Source: Polyangiales bacterium (GTDB lineage Bacteria; Myxococcota_A; Polyangia; Polyangiales; Ga0077539). Taken from it: 64,000 nt of DNA. Positions 21,010 to 30,800 of this stretch are shown one piece after another. Each line of letters begins with the position of its first letter. Position 1 is the stretch's first letter. A model generated the notes under the pieces. It made no database searches. It worked only from the letters and a program-made list of their open reading frames with translations, and was not told the origin of the DNA. A program made the translations under genes and the position numbers. Location of the stretch: the NCBI GenBank assembly GCA_044229975.1, contig JBGARZ010000020.1:32001-96000 (forward strand), read 5' to 3'.

Positions 21010-22053
21010 ATGAAGCGGGTGATGCGGGCGCTGGGTGGCTGGGCTGTCGTCGGTGCGATGGCCGTTGGCTGTGGCGACAACGGGACGACGCCCGCCGACA
21101 ACGATGCGGGTGAGCCGAAGGTCGACGTCCCTGCGACGCCCACCGATCGCGGAACCGTGACCGCCATGGACGCGGGCACCACCGTGACGCCGATCGATGC
21201 GGGTGAGCCCGTCGAGACCGACGTCGGAGCGCCCGTCACGCCAGTGGACGCCGGGTGCGTCTACGAAGCGGTGGTCGCCGATCGCAACGGAGAGCCCCGC
21301 AACGCCGCGGGCAACATCCGCTGGTGCTGGCCGGGTGAGCCCCGCTGCACCTGCGATCGCGACGACGACTGCTACCGCGACGCTGGCTACGTCGCGCAGT
21401 GCCGCCCCGCCGGGAGCGGCCCCATCGACGCCGGGACGGTCACTCCGCGCGACAGCGGAACGGTGACCCCGCGCGACGTTCCGACGACGCCGCCGGCCGA
21501 CCTCGGCAACACGGGGATGAACCTGTGCAGTGATCCCGTCCCGGCGACGACGACGGGGCCGACGGTCAACCTGGAGACCATCCACTTCAACTGGTCGATG
21601 CAGTGCTACCGACCCGAAGACGGGTCGCTGTTCGTGTTCGTGGAGGACACCGAGACGGCGATGGTGGCGCTGCGCTTCTACGACTTCCTCAACGACGGCG
21701 GGCCCATCACCGGCGACACCATCGACCTCTCGCGGGTGCGCACGGCGTCGCGGCCGTTCTTCGTGTCGAGCCTCTCGGGCATCGTGACCGAGCCGATGTG
21801 GCGGGCCGAGCGCAGCTACCTCGCCTACGAGGGACAGGTGATCTTCCACCAGCTCCAGCGCAGCAGCCCGGTGGGCACGCGCATGCGGGTGGAGTTTCGC
21901 AACGTGCGCGCCCGCGAGGTGCGCCAGTACACCAGCGGGCGCTGCGAGAATGTCGTCAACGGCGGACGGATGTTCATCCGCTCGCTGCTGCTCGACCTGC
22001 CGGTCAACAACATCCACACCAACGAAGACTGCATCGACTGGGCGGGCGGCTGA
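21010..22053 (+). CDS. Hypothetical lipoprotein with acidic DAG-rich linker
   Basis: MKRVMRALGGWAVVGAMAVGC lipobox; DAG repeats; Cys-containing domains. Confidence 0.7.
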   Translation: MKRVMRALGGWAVVGAMAVGCGDNGTTPADNDAGEPKVDVPATPTDRGTVTAMDAGTTVTPIDAGEPVETDVGAPVTPVDAGCVYEAVVADRNGEPRNAAGNIRWCWPGEPRCTCDRDDDCYRDAGYVAQCRPAGSGPIDAGTVTPRDSGTVTPRDVPTTPPADLGNTGMNLCSDPVPATTTGPTVNLETIHFNWSMQCYRPEDGSLFVFVEDTETAMVALRFYDFLNDGGPITGDTIDLSRVRTASRPFFVSSLSGIVTEPMWRAERSYLAYEGQVIFHQLQRSSPVGTRMRVEFRNVRAREVRQYTSGRCENVVNGGRMFIRSLLLDLPVNNIHTNEDCIDWAGG

Positions 22054-22141
22054 GCCTTCGCCAGCAGCCGCGGGTGCGGGATTCTGGACCACGCCTCCAG
22101 TGTCGTGGGACCACCCCGAGCAGGACGGTGTACGAGGATCA

Positions 22142-24106
22142 ATGCTGAGGCAGGTAAAGGTCGAGCGCTTCCGCGGCTTTGAGAAGCTTGCCCTCGACCT
22201 GCGGCCCGTGACCGTACTCGTTGGCCCCAACAGCTCTGGCAAGACTAGCGTGTTGCAGGCGCTGCGGCTCGGTCTCCAGCTTCTCGACTTCGCGTTCCTT
22301 GCCGAGACCCCATTGGGTAGGGTCGAGCGCGGTGGCGCCGCGATGATTCGAGTGACGGAGGACACCCTGGTCCCCGACCTTAGCCGCTTCATCCCGCTGC
22401 TCGACTGGGAGGCGCTGTTCCCTCGATCACATACCGCGGAAAACGTGGCGCTGAAGATCGAGCTCCTGTTCGACGCGGAGGACGAGTTTCAGCGCATCGA
22501 GACATCGCTTCGATGCGGTCGAAACCGGCAGCTCAAGCTCAGCGCCTGGGTGAGCGCTCGCAAGGCCCAGGCGCTGGTGCGTGGCAAGTCCCCACGCTCA
22601 TCGCTGGTCAACGCGACGCTGCGCGACTATCTCCGGCCTCACATCCCGCGCGCGGTGTTCGTCCCGCCATTCTACGGGGTCGTGCGCGAGGAGGAGTACC
22701 GCGCCGGGCCGGTGGTCGATCGGATGCTCGGCGGCGGCGATCAAAGCCACATCGTGCGCAACCTCATCATGCGACTGCCCCCCGAAGCGCTTGCGCGACT
22801 CAACGCGGCGTTGGTCGAGGAGATCGGCATGCGGGTGAGCGCACGCACGACCGAGTCCGAGCGTGAGAGCCACCATCCGCTGCGCGTGGAGTTTCGCGGC
22901 GGCAACGGCGCGCTCGAGCTGTCGGCCGCAGGCGCGGGTCTGGTCAACCTGCTCGCGGTGCTCGCGACGCTCGAACGCTATCGAGCGGAGGCCGACGGAC
23001 GCTCGGTGCTGTTTCTCTTCGATGAGCCCGAGGCCCACTTGCACCCGAAGTTGCAGGGCACCGTGGCCAACCGGCTGGCGACGGCCATCCGCAGCTTCGG
23101 AGGACAGGTGTTGCTCGCCACGCACTCCGTCGAGATGATCAACCGGCTCGCCCAGCGCGACGACGCGAGTGTGGTCCGCGTCGATCGGAGCGCGCCTGCG
23201 CCAGCGGTGTTGAACACGCAACATGAACTCGTCTCCGAGCTGATGTCCTGGGCCGATCTCACGCCCTTCAGCCTGGTAAACTTTCTCGCGTCACGGCTCA
23301 TCGTCTTTTGCGAGGGGCCGTCCGATCACAAGGTCCTGGAGCAGTGCGCTGCCGTCTATCTGCGCAACGACCCGCGACGACTCGAGAGGTTTCGCCAGTG
23401 GACCATCGTCGAGCTCGTGGGCAGCGGAAACCGATCGATCCCTGACCTCCTCGGTCAGGTGTTGAAGGCCCACCTCATTCCGGCGGCGACCGACGGGCGC
23501 CCGGTGCGAGTCATTACGCTCCTTGACCGCGACGCTACGCGAACACCGGGCACGAAGCCGGAGGTCCGGGCTGGTGGCGCGTTGGAGACCGAGGAGACCG
23601 TGTGGTCGCGCCACAGCATCGAGAATCTTCTCCTGGAGGTGGAAGTACTCGCGCCGTGGATTCGGGCGTTTGCGGGGGATGCCTTGCCAAAGGGCGTCGA
23701 CCTCACGGGGCTCATCATACAGGCGATCGAGGTCGCCAATCGCGATGTGGACCTTCTCAACCAGGCTCAAATCGCCTTGACACTACCCTTGGCGAACGAG
23801 GCATCTGGCGGGAAGAAGGAGATGTTCGCCGCCCGGTCGATCGCCGAGGCTGGTGCGCGTGCAGCAGCGCTGGTTCGTCACGAACCGGCCGTATGGCAGC
23901 GCGGGCACGATCGCTCCAAGGCAGTGCTGGGAGCCGTGCGTGGCGCTCTGCCACCAGCGGTGCGGTCGACCTTCCCGGTCGACGTGGTCAGTCTGCTGGA
24001 GCGAACGGATCCCGAGCGCTTTGGGCTCGACGTCGCCGCTGCGATTCCACGCGAGATCCGCGAGCTCCTCGACCGGATGGTTCGCGCGAGCGTCACGTCC
24101 GACTGA
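22142..24106 (+). CDS. ABC-type ATPase fused to TOPRIM domain (OLD-family / fused PARIS-like nuclease)
   Basis: GPNSSGKTS Walker A, FLFDEPEAHLHP Walker B, ATHS switch; then IVFCEGPSD, LLDRD and SIENLL TOPRIM-type motifs. Confidence 0.82.
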   Translation: MLRQVKVERFRGFEKLALDLRPVTVLVGPNSSGKTSVLQALRLGLQLLDFAFLAETPLGRVERGGAAMIRVTEDTLVPDLSRFIPLLDWEALFPRSHTAENVALKIELLFDAEDEFQRIETSLRCGRNRQLKLSAWVSARKAQALVRGKSPRSSLVNATLRDYLRPHIPRAVFVPPFYGVVREEEYRAGPVVDRMLGGGDQSHIVRNLIMRLPPEALARLNAALVEEIGMRVSARTTESERESHHPLRVEFRGGNGALELSAAGAGLVNLLAVLATLERYRAEADGRSVLFLFDEPEAHLHPKLQGTVANRLATAIRSFGGQVLLATHSVEMINRLAQRDDASVVRVDRSAPAPAVLNTQHELVSELMSWADLTPFSLVNFLASRLIVFCEGPSDHKVLEQCAAVYLRNDPRRLERFRQWTIVELVGSGNRSIPDLLGQVLKAHLIPAATDGRPVRVITLLDRDATRTPGTKPEVRAGGALETEETVWSRHSIENLLLEVEVLAPWIRAFAGDALPKGVDLTGLIIQAIEVANRDVDLLNQAQIALTLPLANEASGGKKEMFAARSIAEAGARAAALVRHEPAVWQRGHDRSKAVLGAVRGALPPAVRSTFPVDVVSLLERTDPERFGLDVAAAIPREIRELLDRMVRASVTSD

Positions 24107-24115
24107 GCAGGAGGG

Positions 24116-25036
24116 TCACCCCACGCTCACCCGTGCGGTGAGCCCGAGGTGCTCGCCGTAGCGCTCCGCGGCCTCCGTCACGAGCCGCGTCACCACCTTC
24201 GACAGCGCACCAAACGCCGTCACCGCCACCAGCACCTCGCGCTTCTTCAGCGTTCGCGTCCACGTCCCCGCGATGCGCCCGTCCACCACCACCACGTGGT
24301 TGAACAGCACGTTGCCGCGCGAGTCGAGCTTCGCCGCCGGGACGTCCACGCCGAGCGCCGCGCGGTCTTCATACGCCACCACGTACTCGTCGTAGTTGGG
24401 CAGCAGCAACACCCGCGGCGCCTCGCCGCCGTCCTCTATCTCCGCGCCCATCCAGTACGTCGTCCCGCCCATCTCCGTCGCCACCGGCGCCGCGCGCTCG
24501 ATGCCCGCTCGTGCGTCCGTCAGCGTCAACCCCGACCACCACGCGAAGTCCCGCTCGGTCGCCGGTCCGTGGCTCGCGAAGTACCGCGCCGCCAGCTCGC
24601 GTAGCGCCTCACCGCGCTCCTTCGCCTTCGTCGGCGGCACCCGCTCGTCGACCAGCGCGTACGTCTGCTGCTTGCCCCGCGGCGCGCCGCTCACCACCAC
24701 CGCGTCGAGCTCCGCCGCCATCATCAGGTTCGCCAACCGCATCGTGTCGGTCACGTCGATGCCCGCCGCCGTGAGCGCCGCCCCGAGCTCTTCGCGCGTC
24801 CGATGAGCACCTCCCCCCAGCGCCTCGCGCAGCACCTCGCCCGCCGCGAAGGCCTGCTCCACCGCCGCGTCGGTCGCGCCGAGTCGCTGACCGACGGCCC
24901 ACTTCGCGCCGGGGTAGTCCTGCGACTGCACCGCGCCCAGGCCCGCCACGAGCTCGGCCGGGGTCTTCAGCCGCTGCCCATGGAAGCGATGCCGCCGCAG
25001 CCGCGCGGCGAGCAGCTCTCGCGGCGTGAGCGGCAC
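24116..25036 (-). CDS. AlkZ/HTH_42 family DNA glycosylase, apparently internally deleted
   Basis: GAVQSQD catalytic QxQ, YFASHGPAT.RDFAWWSGL, LLPNYDEY..AY.DR, G.W; 306 aa. Confidence 0.8.
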   Translation of the reverse strand: MPLTPRELLAARLRRHRFHGQRLKTPAELVAGLGAVQSQDYPGAKWAVGQRLGATDAAVEQAFAAGEVLREALGGGAHRTREELGAALTAAGIDVTDTMRLANLMMAAELDAVVVSGAPRGKQQTYALVDERVPPTKAKERGEALRELAARYFASHGPATERDFAWWSGLTLTDARAGIERAAPVATEMGGTTYWMGAEIEDGGEAPRVLLLPNYDEYVVAYEDRAALGVDVPAAKLDSRGNVLFNHVVVVDGRIAGTWTRTLKKREVLVAVTAFGALSKVVTRLVTEAAERYGEHLGLTARVSVG

Positions 25037-25038
25037 CC

Positions 25039-27819
25039 CTACTCCACCACCTCGACGCTCTCCGTCGGGCGCGTCCGGTAGGTGCGGTCGACCCAGTTGT
25101 ACAGGTCGAGGAAGTACGTCTCCATCCGCGCGTTGCCTGCGATCGAGTCCACGAAGAACGTCCCCTCCAGGCACCCATCTCCATCCCGACAACGCCCGTC
25201 CGGGAACACCAATATGAACTTCGCCGGCCGCTGCCAGTCGCCCGTGTTGCGCGCCACCATCCGCGCCGCCACCACCAGCGCCGCGCCCGCGAACTCCGAC
25301 GGCTGCATCCCGTACCCGTGCAGCAGATACACCACCGGGTAACGCACGCCCGCGTTGGCCGGGTCGTGATACCCCGGCGGCAGAAACACGCTCACCGGCC
25401 CCGCCCGCCCCGTACGCTCCGACCGGAACTCGAACGCGCACTGGTACCCGTTCGCACACCGGCCCGCGTTGTCGACCGTCGTCGAAAACGGCGCCATCGC
25501 GCGGTCGCCGCCCGGCCACCGCGCCTGCACCGCATACAGGCCCGACAAGAGCCGCGTCGCGATCTGGAGGTTGGTGCCGACGTGCGCGCCGTCGCCCTCC
25601 GCGATGTCCGTCGGCGACGCGTCGATGGACCCGTAGCGAACCATCATGTGCGATGGCACGTGCGCCCAGTCGACCACCGACGGATCAAACGCGATCTCGC
25701 TCTCGCGCGTCGACACCCGACCCGGCATCAACCCGGTGAAGCCGTTGAGGATGCGGAGCCCGACGTTCTGCTGCGCCACCGCGCCCGCGAAGTGGTTGGC
25801 GTTGACCCCGAACTGCAACGCGTCCCGCACGCCGCCGTCGATGTACGTCGCCAGCCGCGCCGCCTCTTCGCGCGGCAATCCCGCGTAGAGCACGCGCGGG
25901 TTGAGCCGGTCGTAGCCGGGCAGCATCGACGTCGCCGTGTCGTAGCGGCCGTTGCCTTCGCCCTGGTCGTACGGACACATCCGCCCGGTGGGGCACGCCA
26001 CGCCGTCGAGGCCGAGGTCGTCGTAGGGCTCCATCGCGTCGCGGAGGTAGTTGGTCTCGGTCCCGCTCGGGTTGTACTGACGGTCGTAGTCGTCGCCCGA
26101 TGGATCGGGGTTGGTCGCGGCGTCGTAGCCGGGCTCGTCGCGGTTGGCGAGGCGGTCGTTGCCCACGTCACGGTACGGCTCGCTGAAGTTGCGGATGACC
26201 GGCTCGCCCGCGTCCCGACGGCCGTTGGCGTTGCGGTCGACCGCCATCGTGATCTCGACGGGGTAGCCGCCGACGGAGCCGTTCCAGGTGCCCACGTCGA
26301 CGGGCGAACGACCTCCATCGCAGAACGTGATCACGGGGTACCGACCGTCGGGGTTGTACTCGTCGTCGTAGAAGCGCTGGTCCATCGACGCGGTCGCGCC
26401 GCCGAGCACCACCGGGGTCGCGCAGCGCTGCGCGTCGGTGCGCATGAGCTCGCTCGCCGGAACCCCCAACGGCAACACCCCACCATCGGGTCCGCTCCCC
26501 ATGATCGGGTTGCCGAACATCCGCCCGATGTCACGGAAGCCCTGGAAACGAGCCTCGCGGTCGAAGGTTCCGCCGGTGCCGCGGCCGGGCGGCGCGAAGA
26601 AGTGCTCGAAGTGCTGGCCCACCATCCCGAGGTCGTCGGGCACGGGGGTTCGTGACTCGCTCGACGTCGCGCACGCGGCCTCACCCAGCGTCGCGCGCTC
26701 GGCCTCGGTGCAGAACCCACCGAACACATACCGCCGCAGGTAAGACCCCGAGAAGGCCGAGTCGGCCGGGCCACCGAGCGGCGCGAGCACATCGAAGAGC
26801 GCGGGGTTGCGCAGGCCGATCATCGACGTCCCGACCGCGCCCATGGAGATGCCGTAGAGCGCGCGAAACTTCGTCGACCGCGTGACGCGCGTCGCCCCGA
26901 CGCCGCGACGCATCACCGCGCGGTACGTGCCGAAGCGGTAGCCCGAGAAGGACACCGAGTTGCCGCCCGCGTCGATGCGCGTGTCGGCCAGCGGCACGAT
27001 GCGGGTGCGCGCGGTGCCTCCGGGCGGCGCCCAGGCGACCTCCACGTGGGCCTCGTAGAGCGACGGCACACGCGCGGCGTTGACGGGGATGGTCATCGCC
27101 ACCTCGCGGGTGAAACGCAGCGGGCCGGGCGCGAAGGTCACCGCCGGGCCGAGCGCGTCGTACCCATCGGGAACCGGTGCGTCGGCGGCGCACGCGACGG
27201 AGACCGCGTCGGTGGGGAGGCCGGTGATGTTGGTCGGGATGCTGAGCCCGGCGATGCCGATGGGTGATCCCGCGGCGGAGGCGACGGTCTGCCCCGCGCG
27301 CAGGACGCCCCACGCGACGGAGGCGCCCGCGGTGCACGTCGGCAGCGTGGTGGCGCGCACCTCGACGTCGACGATGGTGGTGACGGCGTTGGTGTTGTCG
27401 GCGGGGTCGGACTGCGTGACGCGGAGCTGCGTCTGGCCGGCGCTCACGCCGCGGACGGTGAAGCCGACGGAGCCGTGTCCGACGGTGATGCGCGGCGCGG
27501 TGGTGGGGCCGGTGAGCAGCGCGGCGTTGACGCTCTCGACGCGGAAGGTCGCGTCGCAGGCCGAGCGGTCGCCCGCGAGACGGAGCAGCACCTGCGCGTC
27601 GCCGCCGACCGGGACGATGAGCCGCTCGGGCAGCACCGAGTGAACGCGCACCGCCTCGGTGCAGACCGTGGGTACGTCGGGCGCCTTCGCGTCGACGACC
27701 GGGACGTCAGGCGTCGCATCGACGACGTCGATGGGATTGCCCGCGTCCGTCATGGTCGACGGCGTGGAAGACGACGAACAGCCCGCCAGAACGATGGCCC
27801 CGACATACAACCCGCGCAT
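25039..27819 (-). CDS. Large lipoprotein with circularly permuted alpha/beta-hydrolase (esterase) domain
   Basis: Lipobox LAGC; GISMG nucleophile elbow; C-terminal VFLPPGY...YPVVYLLHGYG...VFPDG...VDRTYRT. Confidence 0.78.
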   Translation of the reverse strand: MRGLYVGAIVLAGCSSSSTPSTMTDAGNPIDVVDATPDVPVVDAKAPDVPTVCTEAVRVHSVLPERLIVPVGGDAQVLLRLAGDRSACDATFRVESVNAALLTGPTTAPRITVGHGSVGFTVRGVSAGQTQLRVTQSDPADNTNAVTTIVDVEVRATTLPTCTAGASVAWGVLRAGQTVASAAGSPIGIAGLSIPTNITGLPTDAVSVACAADAPVPDGYDALGPAVTFAPGPLRFTREVAMTIPVNAARVPSLYEAHVEVAWAPPGGTARTRIVPLADTRIDAGGNSVSFSGYRFGTYRAVMRRGVGATRVTRSTKFRALYGISMGAVGTSMIGLRNPALFDVLAPLGGPADSAFSGSYLRRYVFGGFCTEAERATLGEAACATSSESRTPVPDDLGMVGQHFEHFFAPPGRGTGGTFDREARFQGFRDIGRMFGNPIMGSGPDGGVLPLGVPASELMRTDAQRCATPVVLGGATASMDQRFYDDEYNPDGRYPVITFCDGGRSPVDVGTWNGSVGGYPVEITMAVDRNANGRRDAGEPVIRNFSEPYRDVGNDRLANRDEPGYDAATNPDPSGDDYDRQYNPSGTETNYLRDAMEPYDDLGLDGVACPTGRMCPYDQGEGNGRYDTATSMLPGYDRLNPRVLYAGLPREEAARLATYIDGGVRDALQFGVNANHFAGAVAQQNVGLRILNGFTGLMPGRVSTRESEIAFDPSVVDWAHVPSHMMVRYGSIDASPTDIAEGDGAHVGTNLQIATRLLSGLYAVQARWPGGDRAMAPFSTTVDNAGRCANGYQCAFEFRSERTGRAGPVSVFLPPGYHDPANAGVRYPVVYLLHGYGMQPSEFAGAALVVAARMVARNTGDWQRPAKFILVFPDGRCRDGDGCLEGTFFVDSIAGNARMETYFLDLYNWVDRTYRTRPTESVEVVE

Positions 27820-27894
27820 GGCCGCGGAGCATATACAGGTGTCAGGGACGAGCGAAGCGGAGCGGGGCCCACGCCGCGGCGTCAGTGGCGGTCG

Positions 27895-30800
27895 CTACGG
27901 ATTGAGGATGGTCGTCGTCGGCGCGGGCCCGACGCCTGACGCGCCGCCCGTGTAGAAGTGCGTTCGACCGGAGGCGATCACCGCGAGGTCGCCGAAGCCG
28001 TCGCCGTGGACGTCGCCCAGCCCGATCGCGCCGTAGCCGAAGAGGGAGCTGCCCGTCGGGCCGGTGAGCGCCGTCGTCGACAGCGACGTGCCGGCGGCGT
28101 TGCCGAAGTACACGGTCAGCGTGTTGCTGGAGGTCGAGCCCAGGACCACGTCGCTGAAGCCGTCGCCGTTGAGGTCGCCCGCGCCCGTCGCCGCCGCCGC
28201 CGCGGAACTCACCCGGTTGTATCCGTTGAGGGTGGTCGGCGTCGTGGTGGGGCCGGCCGTGGTGCCCAGGTACAGGTACCCCGCGTACGGCCCTGTGAGT
28301 CCGATGGGGTCGGCGGCGATCAGCGCATCGGCGAGCCCGTCGCCGTTGACGTCGCCCGCCGCGGCGACCACGAGGTTGCTGGGGTTCACGCCGAACACCA
28401 GGCTCGCCGTACTGGGCGTCCCGAAGCCCGTCGAACTGCCCCGGTAGAAGTAGAACGTCATGGCAGCGACGTTGACGACGAGGGCGTCGGAGAAGCCGTC
28501 GCCGTTGACGTCGCCCGGGCCCGCCACCGTCGCGTTGCTGAGCGCCGTCCCGCTGGGGGCGACGAGCCGCGTCGGCGGCTCGACCGGGCCCGACGCGCTG
28601 CCGCGGTAGACGTAGTAGCCGAACGCGAAGTCCGCGTAGCCGTCGTTGTTGATGTCGCCCAGCGCCACGGCCGGACCGGGCCCGGAGCTTCCGGCGGCCG
28701 GGGTCAGGCTGATGGCCGTCGCGCTCAGCCCGGACGGGCCGCCGAGATACAGCGACATGGTGCCGCCGCCCCCGCTCGAGAGGAGGTCGGAGAAGCCGTC
28801 GCCGTTGACGTCGCCCGCGCTGCCGACCGCGTTGGCGTAGGCCGGCCACTGCGCGACGGGCGTCGTCGCGATGCCGCCCGGCCCGCCCAGCACCACGTAG
28901 GCGTTGTAGGAGCCGACGCCCACGGCGGCGTCCGCGTAGCCGTCGCCGTTCACGTCGAGCGTCGTCCCCCACGAGCCGTCGCGCGCCGCCGAGCGCGCCC
29001 CCACCGTGAACTGCCACGTCGCGGTCGGCGCGGTCACCGTCGCGCCCCCGCGCCGCCCGCTCAGCCGCCAGAACCACACGCCCGGAGAGAGCGCCGCCGC
29101 CGGCCGGACGCTCGACCCGGTGGCGTCGATCGGCGCGAGGCACCCGGCGGTCATCGCCCGGTTGCGGCAGAGCTCGACGCGCGTCCCGGCGGTGCTGTCG
29201 CCCTCCACCCAGCGCAGCGTCGGCTGCTGCGAGGTCACGTTGCTGGTGGACAGCGGCCCAAGCTGGCGCGGCGGCAGGGCCGTGCACACGCCTGCGACGC
29301 AGGGCGACACGCCGGTGCACGCGTTGCCGCAGACGCCGCAGTGGGCGGTGCTGGTGCGGGTGTCGAAGCAGGCGCCGGCGCAGAGGGTGGCGTCCACGCG
29401 GTCGGGGCAGGTCTGCGTGTAGCCGAGCGGGTTGGTGTAGCTCGTCCCGCCGCAGCGGTTGGCCAAGACGCAGTTGTCGACGCAGCGGCGCGAGGGGCCG
29501 TCGCAGAGGCTCGTGCGGTCGTCGCAGGCGCCGCAGCCGAGGCCGCCGCACTGGTCGGCCGTCGTGCAGGCGGCGGTGAAGGTCGCGGCCGAGCAGCCCG
29601 GCCCGAAGGACGCCGCCGAGAAGCCATACGACGCGACGGGGGAGGTCGTCCCGCCCGCGACCTCGATGGTCACGGTGTGCGAGCCCGCGCGTCGGGCCGA
29701 GCAGTAACCCAGCAGGTACAGCGTGCGGAACTCCGCCGCGATGCGGCTGGCCAGCGCGTCGAACTCGCGGGTGAGCGTGGAGGCGTCGGGCGCGATGAGG
29801 GCCCCGCCGGGCGCGAGCGCGGAGAGCACCGCGGGCATGAAGTCGCTGCCCGTGAGACCCACGGCCAGCGTGCGGTCGGTGCTGGCGCGCACGGCCTCGG
29901 TCGCCTCGGCCTGCGTGCGCAGCCCCGCGGTGTCGCCGCCGTCGGTGAAGAGCACCACGTACCCGCGGGTAAACGCCCCGCCCGCGTTGCGCGTGCGGAA
30001 CGCCGACTCGGCGGCGTTTTGCCGGGCGAGCGCGGCGATGGTGGCGCCGAAGAGGTTGGTCGAGCCGGGGTCGTTCGCGGTGTAGCTGGAGAGCGCGTCG
30101 AGGCGCGAGAGCAGCCGGGCCGTGTCGACGGTGGGCGCCTGCCACTCGGTGAGGGCGGACTCACCCGCGAAGACCTGGACGCTGATCTGCACCGGCAGGC
30201 GGCGCTCGGTCTGGAGCGACGTGACGAAGCGGCGGGCCGCGGCGATGAGCTGCGGGAGGATGGCGTTGGTCGACGCGCTCACGTCGAGCACCAGCGACAC
30301 GAACACCTGCGGGCCAGTGCGGGAGATGAGCGTCGCCGAGGCCTCGCTGGGGAGCGCGGTGCCGTCCTCGCGCACGACGAAGTCCGCGCCGGTGAGGTCG
30401 GTGAGCGGGCGGCCGAGGCAGTCCTCGGCGGTGAAGAACATCGCGACGCCTGACGACGAGACGGTGCGCCCTTCGAGCAGGTGCGTGGTCGCGCACGAGC
30501 GGTCGGCGGGCTCGCGGTAGTCGACGCCGTCGGCGACGAAGCCGCGGCTGAAGTGCGTGACGCTGCCGGAGAGGGTCGAGCCGGTGACGAGGCCGCCGAC
30601 GCGCTCGTAGCCGCCGCCCGTCGCGCGCGACCAGAACAGCGTCGCGCGAGAGGCGCCGCCGGTGAAGGGCAGGGTGACGCGCACGGGCGCGGCGAAGGTC
30701 GTCCCCGCGGGCTCGAAGCGGAAGACCGGCGAGTAGCCGGTGTAGCCGGCGGGCGCGGTCTCGGTCGTCGCGATGATCTGGAGGGACACCGACGTCGTGA

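Noticed and set aside
22142..24106. Gabija system
   Set aside because: No UvrD-like GajB gene follows; the next gene is a convergent AlkZ-like glycosylase.
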